Origin: Geopsychrobacteraceae bacterium
GTDB lineage: Bacteria > Desulfobacterota > Desulfuromonadia > Desulfuromonadales > Geopsychrobacteraceae
Direction of reading: 5' to 3'
Assembly (NCBI GenBank): GCA_963676795.2
Contig: CAXXTB010000002.1
Location: 608,001-672,000 of the forward strand
DNA: 64,000 nt
The notes under the pieces: generated by a model
Told to the model about the DNA's origin: nothing
Databases searched by the model: none
Seen by the model: the letters and a program-made list of their open reading frames with translations, nothing else
Part shown: positions 20,444 through 29,733 of the stretch, piece by piece
How the letters are laid out: every line of letters begins with the position of its first letter
Numbering within the stretch: position 1 is the stretch's first letter
Position numbers and translations under genes: made by a program

Positions 20444-22240
20444 GTGAGGTTTTTTTGCCGCATTTTCGTAGTGTTCAGTATTGTATTGCTGTTTTTTTTA
20501 GAGACATTCGCTGCTGCATCGCCGGCCCCGGAAAAAGAGCATCGGATTCTCTTTATCAGCGCCTACAGCCCTGAATTTCCGACGTTCTATGAGTTCGTTG
20601 ACGGGATCGAGTCGGTCTTTGCCTCCGCGCCTGTGGCCTGGGACCTGGAGTTCATGGACTCCAAAAGGTTTTACGATGTTGACTATCTGAAAACCTTCCA
20701 CCAGCTTATATCCTATAAGCTGGCTCATCTTCCCCCTTATGATCTGCTCATCGTCGCCGATGACAATGCCCTGTCGTTCGCTTTGCACTATCAGAAGTCT
20801 CTTTTTAAAGGGTTGCCGATCGTGTTTTGCGGGGTCAATAATGTTGCCTTTGCCCTGGAACAGAATGACAACCCGCTGGTGACCGGGATCGTCGAAACCT
20901 CGTCATTGCACGAAAACCTGCAGTTGATTCTGCAGATCCATCCCGATACCCGGAAAATTCTCGCTCTCGAAGACGGTTCGGAAATGGGACGGGGCAGTCT
21001 CAGTCACCTGTTTTTGCAGGAAGCACAAAACTTCCCCACTGTTGAGTTCGAGCTGTTTTCCCTGTCGCAGTACAGTTTCGAGGAGTATTTTCACAAACTC
21101 AGTCGGATGGAAGATACGACCAAGATAATCAGCTTTCCGATATTCAAAGACAAAACAGGGGCCATGCTTTCGCCACAGCAGGCGATGAAGCAGCTGATCG
21201 AAAACGCCTCTCAGCCGATCTACGGCCTGTGGAGCTGGATGATGGGGAAAGGTATTTTCGGCGGACTGATGGTCAGCTGTCATGAACAGGGGGCTGTCGC
21301 GGCAAAAATGGCGCTGGAAATCCTCAATGGCAAACCGATCGAGGAGCTGCCGGTGATCGACAAGAGCTCCAACCAGTACATGTTCGACTATCAGCTTATG
21401 CAGCGCTTTGGTATCGACGAACAGTCGCTTCCCGCAGGCAGTCAGGTGATCAATCGCCCGTTTTCGTTCTATCAAAGCTACAAGGGGTTGGTCTGGGCGA
21501 CGATCAGCGCTTTTATCCTGTTGCTGGCCCTGGTTGTGGTGATGCTGATCAATATCGTTCACCGGCGCCGGGTCGAGCAGGAGCTGGCCAGTCACAAGGA
21601 GACCCTTGAGCAGCAGGTCAGTGAGAGAACGGCAGAACTGCGCTGTTCCAATCGTGAGCTGTTGGAAAGCCAGAAGCGTAATCATGCTCTGGCTGACGCG
21701 GCTTTCGAGGGGATTGTCTTCACGATAGACGATCAGATTCTTGACGCCAACGCTGCTTTTGCGGCACTGCTTGGTGTCCCGCTCAGCGAACTTGCCGGCA
21801 GGTCGATCAGTGAGTTTTTCAGCCGCGAGGAGTGGCAGAAGATCAGCGCTGTCGCGGTACCTCAACAGGCGAGAATGCTCGAGTCATGCTGTCTGAATCA
21901 TGCAGGGCAGAAAATTATCCTGGAGGCGCAGAGCAAAGAATTTATCTATCATGAACAACAGGTCAAGGTGACCGCTGTCAGGGATATCCGTGAACGAAAA
22001 AAAGCAGAAGAGGAGATCAGAGTGCTGCGCGGCATTTTGCCGCTCTGTTGTTACTGCAAAAAAGTACGAGATGACGACGGATATTGGCAGCAGGTCGATG
22101 TCTATCTGTCCAAATATTCAGAAGCCGACATCAGTCATGGGATCTGCCCCGATTGTCTTAAGAAGGATTTTCCGGAAGTTTATGAACAGATGATGAATAA
22201 GGAAAAGACCGACGATCCACAAAGCCCGACAGACTCCTAG
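20444..22240 (+). CDS. Membrane sensor: periplasmic ABC-binding-like domain, TM, PAS, C-terminal CxxC/HxxCxxC domain
   Basis: Signal peptide, 'LEFMDSKRF..IVADDNAL..PIVFCGVN' sensor domain, TM helix, PAS, then LPLCCYCKKVRDDDGYW...SHGICPDC. Confidence 0.8.
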   Translation: MRFFCRIFVVFSIVLLFFLETFAAASPAPEKEHRILFISAYSPEFPTFYEFVDGIESVFASAPVAWDLEFMDSKRFYDVDYLKTFHQLISYKLAHLPPYDLLIVADDNALSFALHYQKSLFKGLPIVFCGVNNVAFALEQNDNPLVTGIVETSSLHENLQLILQIHPDTRKILALEDGSEMGRGSLSHLFLQEAQNFPTVEFELFSLSQYSFEEYFHKLSRMEDTTKIISFPIFKDKTGAMLSPQQAMKQLIENASQPIYGLWSWMMGKGIFGGLMVSCHEQGAVAAKMALEILNGKPIEELPVIDKSSNQYMFDYQLMQRFGIDEQSLPAGSQVINRPFSFYQSYKGLVWATISAFILLLALVVVMLINIVHRRRVEQELASHKETLEQQVSERTAELRCSNRELLESQKRNHALADAAFEGIVFTIDDQILDANAAFAALLGVPLSELAGRSISEFFSREEWQKISAVAVPQQARMLESCCLNHAGQKIILEAQSKEFIYHEQQVKVTAVRDIRERKKAEEEIRVLRGILPLCCYCKKVRDDDGYWQQVDVYLSKYSEADISHGICPDCLKKDFPEVYEQMMNKEKTDDPQSPTDS

Positions 22241-22498
22241 CCTGGAAATCGGGAGGGTCTGGTCCTGACTTTACCAGGTTGTTTTGTCTGAAATGATCTT
22301 TCGCACCATGAAATGGTCTGAAAGCCCTGCGTTATGAAGCTTTTTCGATTCTGCCCATCAGCGCAGCTCATCATCAACGGGCAGAACCGAATTTATTTAA
22401 TCAACAGCTGCTTTTATCGGGAGACTGGGGTGCACGATAATGGGTCCCTTTTTGACTTGGAGGCTTCAGAACGCGCGGCTGCAAACCGTTGTTATCAG

Positions 22499-22871
22499 TT
22501 ATCCACCTGTCAAATTCACCAACTTTGATTTGCTGTGGATAACTGTGTGGAAGAAATGTTGTCCCATGTGGAAGAGGGGGCTGAGGGCGCAACAACTCGT
22601 CACTTTTTGTGTCGATAAACCTGAATTTACATATTGACTAAAATTTAGGCGGATTTTCTTTGTTGGTCATTGAGATCAGTATTCATGAGGGTTTGGTGGG
22701 TTTTATCGGGCCGGAATGACAGATCTCACCCTGCCGGTGACGTAAATTGCCCGGTTGTGAAACACTTTTCCTCAATCAGAAACGGATCAACAGCTCCGAA
22801 GCGATATACACAGGCTGTATGTGATTAGTTGTGGATAACCGTGTGGAGGAAATGTGACCTGTTGTGGAGGA
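22499..22871. promoter_or_regulatory. Cluster of DnaA boxes in two similar modules
   Basis: Perfect TGTGGATAA at 22534 and 22830; near-consensus boxes at 22499, 22546, 22567, 22610, 22804, with weaker ones at 22842 and 22863. Confidence 0.7.
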
Positions 22872-23026
22872 GAGGCAAGAAGCACGAAAAATCCGCAGCT
22901 TGCCATGTCGACAAATTTGAACCAGCGTGTTGATGAATTTTTGGGCTCTGAACAAGAGCCCTGTCAGCCTGCCGGTTGTCGACAGTGTGCAAGTCCGGTG
23001 CTTGGCCTGGCAAATGGGGACGCAGA

Positions 23027-23058
23027 TAAAAAAGCCTGTCGACAAGAGTGACAGGCTT
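23027..23058 (-). terminator. Rho-independent terminator of the small wHTH gene
   Basis: aagcctgtc...gacaggctt stem; the flanking A run on + gives a U tract on the - strand. Confidence 0.7.
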
Positions 23059-23080
23059 GGTGAACATACAATGTTGAGAT

Positions 23081-23257
23081 TCAGGCTGCTGTCCAGTAGC
23101 AGCGTTTGGGCGAGACGATCTGGCCGTCCTTTTTCAGCTTGGTCATCGCTTTATCGACCTCTTTACGGTCGAGACCACCCAGTTCGGCAATTTTACCGGC
23201 GTTTAACGGCTCTGCAGAAGCGCGCATAATCTCGAGAATTTTTTTGCTGATTTCCAT
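23081..23257 (-). CDS. 58-aa winged helix-turn-helix protein (below the ORF-track cutoff)
   Basis: MEISKKILEIMRASAEPLNAGKIAELGGLDRKEVDKAMTKLKKDGQIVSPKRCYWTAA; SD AAGGAG upstream and its own terminator downstream. Confidence 0.85.
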   Translation of the reverse strand: MEISKKILEIMRASAEPLNAGKIAELGGLDRKEVDKAMTKLKKDGQIVSPKRCYWTAA

Positions 23258-23374
23258 CGGGTGCTATCTCCTTTTGAATGCATCGATAGTATCTTCTTCA
23301 CTTCGATGAAAGATAACCAAAATAGTATTAATTATCAAGAGAAAAGATATTCGGCGACGAATCTGTTCTGCATT

Positions 23375-24391
23375 TCAGCTGATCTCCCTTGCCAGCCAGG
23401 TTCCGACTGTCTGGAGTTGCTCCTGATAGTGAGGCAGCTGACTGTTCAGTGAAGCGATTGTCGCGGAGATATCCGCTGCCCGGTAGGGCGTTTCCGTCAA
23501 ACTATCAGCCAGCATTTCAAGCGGCAACGGATCGAGCATGTCTGTATACAACCTGGCATTTTCAATGGTTCCGTTGACAACGTTGAGGAGAAGTTCCACG
23601 CCACCCCAGTCGAAGCGTTCATCCATGGCGTGGGTGAAGGGGGGCGTCTTGCCGAAGTTCCAGTCCCAGCTGCACTGGGTCGCAAACTTTTCCTCAAAGC
23701 CGGGCAGGTCGGCGGAGTGCTCCGGGTTGATATATTCCGGTGTGACATCGATCTGGTAGTAGTCCTGATAGGCTGCGATCATGGCTGTGCAGACAGCCTG
23801 GTGATCGATTCCTGGTAGCAGCTCGTTGAGGTTCAGAACACGCGATCTGACCGAAGAGATCCCTTTGGTCTCGAGTTTCTTCGGATCGGGGTTCAGGTAG
23901 TTTCCAAGGCGCTGCAAATCCGCACTCAACAGCAGGGTACCGTGATGAAAGCCGCGATCAACAGTCTCACGGTAGGCCGAGCCGGAGAATTTGCGCAGGC
24001 CGTTCTCGTCCTCGATGACCAGGTCGTTGCGGCCGTTGGCTTTGCCCTGAATCCCCAGTTTGTTCAGGGCGTTGAGGACAATATGGGTGGAGACGCTTTT
24101 GTCGTACTCCGGTTTGCCGGCCATGAAGGTGAAGTTGCTGTTGCCCAGATCGTGAAAGACCGCTCCGCCGCCGGTCTGACGGCGGGCGAGGCGGATACCG
24201 TCCTGCTCCATGCGCCCTGTATTGCATTCGCGCCAGGGGTTCTGGGCTCGGCCGATCACCACGGTATCGGCGTTCTGCCAGAGAAACAGAACCCGCTGAT
24301 CTGCGGGCATACGCCGGAAGATGATGTCCTCGACCGTCAGGTTGAACCAGGGGTCGGTCGAGGTGGCAATGAGAATGCGCGTTGTTTTCAT
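23375..24391 (-). CDS. lplA: Lipoate-protein ligase A
   Basis: [38 protein letters not shown]. Confidence 0.95.
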   Translation of the reverse strand: MKTTRILIATSTDPWFNLTVEDIIFRRMPADQRVLFLWQNADTVVIGRAQNPWRECNTGRMEQDGIRLARRQTGGGAVFHDLGNSNFTFMAGKPEYDKSVSTHIVLNALNKLGIQGKANGRNDLVIEDENGLRKFSGSAYRETVDRGFHHGTLLLSADLQRLGNYLNPDPKKLETKGISSVRSRVLNLNELLPGIDHQAVCTAMIAAYQDYYQIDVTPEYINPEHSADLPGFEEKFATQCSWDWNFGKTPPFTHAMDERFDWGGVELLLNVVNGTIENARLYTDMLDPLPLEMLADSLTETPYRAADISATIASLNSQLPHYQEQLQTVGTWLAREIS

Positions 24392-24621
24392 TCTTGTTCT
24401 CGTCTTGTTGGCAAAATGTCAGAGATAGTTATTATCCAGGACACCATTATAAGCAGAACGACCCGCTGAAGATAAGGGGGCTGATTTGTCCGAAGCCAGG
24501 CTCAGTTCGAAGTGCTGTGGAGAGTGTTTCTCTCGAGTATTACATGCGACTTCCGTGCTAGACTGTTTTATCTTGCACGCTATTTTTCAGGTTTGTTCGA
24601 ACAAAGGTCAGGGAGGAAGTC

Positions 24622-25044
24622 GTGTCTGTCAGAATTGAATTTGATTGCAAGAATGTCGACTGGAATGCTTTGAAGGAGATCCTTAAGCTGGTTGGAATGG
24701 CTAATTTTGAGCCGGAGAAACATCGCCGTGCTTTTGAATCCAGCTATGTGACCGTTTTTGTCTATCTCGATAACCGTTTGGTCGGTTTCGGCCGGGCTGT
24801 TTCTGACGGTGAATACGAAGCCGCTATCTATGATATCGCGGTTCATCCTGATCATCAGCGGCGCGGGCTTGGCAAGTTGGTCATGGATCGGATTGGCGAA
24901 CAGCTTTCGTTCTGTAATCTGATACTTTTTGCCAATCCGGGCAAGGAAGGTTTTTACGCGAAGCAGGGGTTCAGGAAGATGAAGACCGGGATGGCGCGGT
25001 TTATTGATTTTGATAAGATGGAGAGCCTGGGATTTATCGAATAG
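24622..25044 (+). CDS. GNAT-family N-acetyltransferase
   Basis: LVGFGRAVSDG, IAVHPDHQRRGLG, FYAKQGF. Confidence 0.9.
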   Translation: MSVRIEFDCKNVDWNALKEILKLVGMANFEPEKHRRAFESSYVTVFVYLDNRLVGFGRAVSDGEYEAAIYDIAVHPDHQRRGLGKLVMDRIGEQLSFCNLILFANPGKEGFYAKQGFRKMKTGMARFIDFDKMESLGFIE

Positions 25045-25083
25045 TTTTAAAGTGTGGTTATGGCCAGAGCTGACGAAACATGT

Positions 25084-26319
25084 TCAGGTGAATTCAACCC
25101 TTCGTGTGATCGGTTGGTTGGCTGTTGAGGAGATCTCCTGTGAGGTGTCAAAAACAACCCGGTTGCGGCCTTTGTTTTTTGCGCAGTAGAGGCATTGGTC
25201 GGCCATCTGTAACAGGTGGTCTATCGATTTTTGTTCGGAAAGAGAGGAGACGCCGAAACTTGCCGTTACAGAGATCTGTTCAAAGAAGGAGTGTCTGCTG
25301 ATCTGCTGACGCAGTCTTTCCGCGAGTAATGCTGCTTCTGAACAGTTGATTGCGGGACAGATGACGATAAATTCCTCTCCGCCCCAGCGCCCACAACTGT
25401 CGGTTTCCCGGATCGATTTTTCCAGGATTCGAGCAATGCCCTCCAGGACCAAATCTCCTGTTGCGTGCCCATGATTATCATTGATGTCTTTGAAATTGTC
25501 GATATCGAGCAAAATGACCGACAGTTCTGTCGATTTCTGTAACGTCTCTTCAGCATGTTGAATCAGAATGTTGTTGATTTTTCTCCGGTTGTGGAGATTT
25601 GTCAGTTCGTCCTGCTCGGAGAGGGCTTTCAATTGTGAATTGATGCGTTTAATTTCCTGATTTTTTTGCACCAGCGACGAGTTTTTTCTTTCGATGATTT
25701 CATTGGCGATGAACTGCTTGACGTAATTGCGGTAATTCAGCAGTGAAACCAGCAAGGCAATAATGGTGTTTGAGATGATATCGGCGACATAAAAGCGTTC
25801 GACAATTTCGGGATGGATTGCCAGCATCAGGCCGATGGACGAAAGACTCAGTAAGCCATAGAGGCTCACGCTGAGCCAGGGGTAGATGACCCAGATGACC
25901 GAAGAGCCATAAAGGACGGCAATGAAGACGGTCGGAATACGAAAGGCTGCGGGGTCGAACTCAATCGAGGTGAAGCGGATCAATGCGATCAACATGCCGG
26001 TAAAGACAAGGGCCGGAGGAAAAATCTCATGTAGTCGGGTGGGGCAAGCAGGTTTTCGCCATTGAAAATACAGGCTGATGATAAAGAAAATGATCATCAG
26101 CAACGCTGATGTGTTGTAACAGCTTTGGAGCTGAGTTCCCGGTGAGCTGACATAGACGGAATAGTAGAGCTGTTCAACGACAAGGAACCCGGAAATAATC
26201 AGAATCATCAAGTTATTTCTGACAAAGAGCCGCTGCCTGAACTTGTCCCGCGCCGCTTTGCGAACCTGGGGGAAAAGGCTGTTCCTGATTTTTATAAAAG
26301 CCATAAATCCCGTTTGCAT
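25084..26319 (-). CDS. Membrane-bound diguanylate cyclase (GGDEF)
   Basis: Multiple TM helices, DIDNFKDIND, RETD I-site, RWGGEEF; start codon uncertain. Confidence 0.9.
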   Translation of the reverse strand: MQTGFMAFIKIRNSLFPQVRKAARDKFRQRLFVRNNLMILIISGFLVVEQLYYSVYVSSPGTQLQSCYNTSALLMIIFFIISLYFQWRKPACPTRLHEIFPPALVFTGMLIALIRFTSIEFDPAAFRIPTVFIAVLYGSSVIWVIYPWLSVSLYGLLSLSSIGLMLAIHPEIVERFYVADIISNTIIALLVSLLNYRNYVKQFIANEIIERKNSSLVQKNQEIKRINSQLKALSEQDELTNLHNRRKINNILIQHAEETLQKSTELSVILLDIDNFKDINDNHGHATGDLVLEGIARILEKSIRETDSCGRWGGEEFIVICPAINCSEAALLAERLRQQISRHSFFEQISVTASFGVSSLSEQKSIDHLLQMADQCLYCAKNKGRNRVVFDTSQEISSTANQPITRRVEFT

Positions 26320-26531
26320 TCGGCAGCGTTGCTGGCCGCCGTCCGGAGACTCCGGAGGGGAGCCGGCGATCCCGCCGGTCCTTGTTGATATAGTCAAGTC
26401 AATTGTTGGCTGTTGTCATATTCTACAGTAAAATTTGTTTTAGAAAATTATCAGCCGGTTAAGTTTTTTATCGGCTGATGGGGCGCGATAGTTTAAAGTT
26501 TTATCTTGTCCTCGTAAAATCATGGAGCTGA

Positions 26532-27380
26532 ATGATGAAGTCTCTTGGTATCTGCACCTGGACTCTGGGTATCGAAAACCTCGATGCTCTGTTGGCAAAA
26601 GTTCGGGCTCTTGAACTCGATTGCTTTCAATACGCAGAGCCGCTTGAGGCCCACCCCGCGGTTGAGGTAAGAAATATGGCGGAGAGATTGGGGTTGGAAG
26701 TCGTCATGTTTGATCCGCCGGATCTTAAGCCGGGGAAAAAATATGGTTCGGCAAGCATGGAGAATGCGCTGGCCTGTTACCGATGTGCACTTTCTTATGC
26801 AGCACAGCTCGGTTGCGGGATGACCCTGCACGGTTTGAGCAACTGGACCGAGGATTGTGTTTCCGACGAAGAGGCCTGGGCGTTTCTGGCCGAAGCCGTA
26901 CGGAGCATCGCCGGGGAGGCCAAGGAGCGCAATATCCCGGTCAGTTACGAGCCCTGTAATATGTATGAGCTGCCGCTGGTTCATAGCGCCGATGATGTCG
27001 AAAAATTGCTGGCGATGTGTGGCTGCGACAACATAGAGATTATGCTCGACAGCTTCAATATGAATCTGGCCGAGAAGGATCCGCTTGCGACCCTGGAAAG
27101 ATGGGCGGCAAAAATGTCCGTTTACCATCTGTCCGGCTCAAATCGTGAAGGGATCGTCCAGAGCCATATTGATTTCAGGGCCCAATACAATGCCCTGGTC
27201 AAAGGCGGATTTAACGGAGCCTGCGTGATGGAAATGCTGATCAGCAGTAACCCGGTCAATACCCCGCCACGCAATGAGCGGGAAATGCAGCGCCTGACCG
27301 AGATCCTGGTCGAGAGTCGCGATCTTTGGCGGAGCTACGGGCAACAGGTCAGCTCAAGAAGTCGTTCCGCACAGGGGTGA
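26532..27380 (+). CDS. Sugar phosphate isomerase/epimerase (xylose isomerase-like TIM barrel)
   Basis: YEPCNMYE, LDSFNMN, HLSGSNR, C-terminal ME metal ligands, resembling the ketose 3-epimerase family. Confidence 0.8.
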   Translation: MMKSLGICTWTLGIENLDALLAKVRALELDCFQYAEPLEAHPAVEVRNMAERLGLEVVMFDPPDLKPGKKYGSASMENALACYRCALSYAAQLGCGMTLHGLSNWTEDCVSDEEAWAFLAEAVRSIAGEAKERNIPVSYEPCNMYELPLVHSADDVEKLLAMCGCDNIEIMLDSFNMNLAEKDPLATLERWAAKMSVYHLSGSNREGIVQSHIDFRAQYNALVKGGFNGACVMEMLISSNPVNTPPRNEREMQRLTEILVESRDLWRSYGQQVSSRSRSAQG

Positions 27381-27459
27381 AGCTGTCGATCAGGCGGACA
27401 AGCTCGGTTAACAGCTGGATGGAATGCGGTATGTTGGGCGGTACCGTATACATTAAAGT

Positions 27460-28578
27460 TTACTTGTTTGCAACGTGAGAGATTGTTGCGCTAGCCAGCC
27501 CTGGCTTTGACTCGCAGAGGGATTGTTCTGTCAATTCCCCCTCATGTTTTTTCAGCAACAGCCCTGCAAACAGATCCTTGTATTGCTTGACGATGACATC
27601 CATCGAGAATTTTTCACTGAATGTTTCATGGCCTTTTGTGATGAGTCGGCTTTGCAATTCGGAATCACGCAGCAGCCGATTGACCTGGGACGCACATTGT
27701 TCGACGTCATCAACTTCAAATAGAAGACCGTTTTCGCCATTCTGAATGAGCCAGGCCGGCCCCTGGCTGGCTGCGGCAACGACCGGAGTTTTGCTGGCCC
27801 ATGCCTCGAGAATGACATTTCCGAGCGGTTCAAACCGCGAAGGGAAAACGCAGATGTCGGCCCGAGCGAAGAGTCCCCGAATGTCCTTTCTCAAGCCGAG
27901 AAAGTGAACCCGATCCGCAACTCCCGATTCGGCGGCAAGCGTTTTTAGAGTGTCGGCCAGGTCTCCGCTTCCGGCAATGAGTAGGCTCGTTCCGGGAATC
28001 TTTGCGAGGGCTCGAATGAGGACATCCTGGGCTTTTTTTTGATGTAGACGTCCCAGGGTTAAAAGAACCTTGTGGTCCTGAGGGATATCAGGCAAGGGCT
28101 CTGGATTTTCAAATGCTGCCGGAAGTTCGCCGAAATTGGAAATCATACTGACGTCGGTTTTAGGCCAACCGTTTTCTGTAACATGCCTGACCAGATCGGG
28201 GGCGTTGACAATAAGATGGTGGCATTTCCGATAATTGTCGACATCATAATACCCACCGAGACGGCCAACCACGACAGCAACTGTTCTCGGACACTTTCGG
28301 GAGGCCCTGTTGACCCAGGTGACAATCAGATCCGGTTGGTACTTTTTGACCGCTCTTTTTAACTGCCAGTTATAGAGAAAAGTTTTGCCGAATTTATCCA
28401 TCGGCAGGGTCCTGAAATCGACTCCCGCGCTGGTCAGACGGCGTTCGCGGGACGGCAGCGCTTCAATGACAAGCCGCTGTTCAAGCGCCGCATCGGCAGC
28501 AAATGCCGCCGCGACCTTTTCAAAATAGGTTTCAGCACCAGCCTCAGACTGAGATAGCAATATCTGCATTATTCGCAT
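27460..28578 (-). CDS. Glycosyltransferase family 4 (GT-B)
   Basis: GAETYF, GRLHQKK, PSRFEPLGNVILEAW. Confidence 0.9.
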   Translation of the reverse strand: MRIMQILLSQSEAGAETYFEKVAAAFAADAALEQRLVIEALPSRERRLTSAGVDFRTLPMDKFGKTFLYNWQLKRAVKKYQPDLIVTWVNRASRKCPRTVAVVVGRLGGYYDVDNYRKCHHLIVNAPDLVRHVTENGWPKTDVSMISNFGELPAAFENPEPLPDIPQDHKVLLTLGRLHQKKAQDVLIRALAKIPGTSLLIAGSGDLADTLKTLAAESGVADRVHFLGLRKDIRGLFARADICVFPSRFEPLGNVILEAWASKTPVVAAASQGPAWLIQNGENGLLFEVDDVEQCASQVNRLLRDSELQSRLITKGHETFSEKFSMDVIVKQYKDLFAGLLLKKHEGELTEQSLCESKPGLASATISHVANK

Positions 28579-28674
28579 AGAATCTACTCATTTCCGTTAA
28601 GAGTCGTGGTTATGGTGAACTGCTATGGTCAATGATCTCGTAGCTGTTTTACCTTTTCCATATAGATGATCTTT

Positions 28675-28691
28675 CTTAAATCAGTCTTAAA
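28675..28691. promoter_or_regulatory. PmrA/QseB-type direct repeat upstream of the glycosyltransferase
   Basis: CTTAAA-tcagt-CTTAAA, 11-bp period. Confidence 0.55.
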
Positions 28692-28926
28692 TGAACCTCA
28701 TCAATATGATTTGTGCTTTATTTGAGGCATATTAGAGACTGGTCAGGATTCAAATGTTCGCTGCTGCTGAGGGTAGTTTCCTGATGATCCTAAACTTTAG
28801 CAGCCTTGTCGGGAATTTCCATGGATCGGAGGGGTTTTAGTGTTTTTGTCGATATGATAAGCGGATCTATTTTGACATTCAGGATAGACGCTTCAGTCAA
28901 TATCTTATCGGACTTATCGCCGCTTT

Positions 28927-28943
28927 CTTAAGATTCCCGTAAG
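28927..28943 (+). promoter_or_regulatory. PmrA/QseB-type direct repeat upstream of the response regulator
   Basis: CTTAAG-attcc-CGTAAG followed by a -10-like TATCCT. Confidence 0.55.
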
Positions 28944-29070
28944 GGGGGCTGGCTATCCTTTGTTTGACTGATCGACTGTAGGTTTTCGGCATCCTTTTTG
29001 ACGGAAGTTTCGCTATGGTGATTCATCAAAGCAGGATGATAAGCTTTGTCCAGTTGAGGCATTCAATACT

Positions 29071-29733
29071 ATGAGAATTCTGCTGGTGGAAGACGATGAG
29101 CTGATTGGATCGGCAATTGTCAAATATCTTAAGAACGAGGGACAGGCGGTTGACTGGGTGCACTGCGTGGCTGAAACCAGGCTTGCCCTTGACTCAGGTG
29201 CTTATGAAGTCATTCTGCTTGATCTCGGTCTGCCGGATGGTACGGGGCTGGAGATATTGACCTCGTTGCGCAGTGGAGGAGAGGAAGCATCGGTCATCAT
29301 TCTGACTGCCCGCGATGCGATTGCAGACCGAATCGCCGGTCTTGACAGAGGTGCTGACGATTACATGATCAAGCCCTTCGATCTTGAAGAGTTGATTGCC
29401 CGAATTCGTGCCGTACAAAGACGCCGCTATGGCCAGGCAAACACGCTGCTGACGCATGGTCAACTGGTTCTGAACCCCAGTAGCCATGAATGTCTGTGGT
29501 ACGGTGAGAATGTTCTGCTTTCAAACCGCGAGTTCAGCCTGTTACAGCGGCTGATGGAGCATCCGAACGCGGTCTTCTCACGCAGTCAACTGGAAGACGG
29601 TCTCTATGGGTGGGGGGACGAAATTGAAAGCAACACGGTCGAGGTCCATATCCACAACCTGCGCAAAAAAATAGCGCGTAACCTGATAAAGACAATTCGT
29701 GGTGTTGGCTATATCCTGGGGCAGACAGATTGA
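29071..29733 (+). CDS. QseB/PmrA-like response regulator
   Basis: MRILLVEDD, LDLGLPDG, ESNTVEVHIHNLRKK. Confidence 0.92.
   Translation: MRILLVEDDELIGSAIVKYLKNEGQAVDWVHCVAETRLALDSGAYEVILLDLGLPDGTGLEILTSLRSGGEEASVIILTARDAIADRIAGLDRGADDYMIKPFDLEELIARIRAVQRRRYGQANTLLTHGQLVLNPSSHECLWYGENVLLSNREFSLLQRLMEHPNAVFSRSQLEDGLYGWGDEIESNTVEVHIHNLRKKIARNLIKTIRGVGYILGQTD

Noticed and set aside
22499..22871. Calling the DnaA-box cluster oriC
   Set aside because: No dnaA, dnaN, rpmH or gidA neighbours, no clear DnaA-trio or unwinding element, and no evident switch in gene orientation; kept only as a DARS/datA-like candidate.
26315..26385. GC-rich hairpins upstream of the diguanylate cyclase as a GEMM (c-di-GMP/cGAMP) riboswitch
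   Set aside because: It ends in gctgccga like GEMM-I but lacks the GNRA loop, its receptor and the G(C/G)AAA junction; an Rfam scan would settle it.
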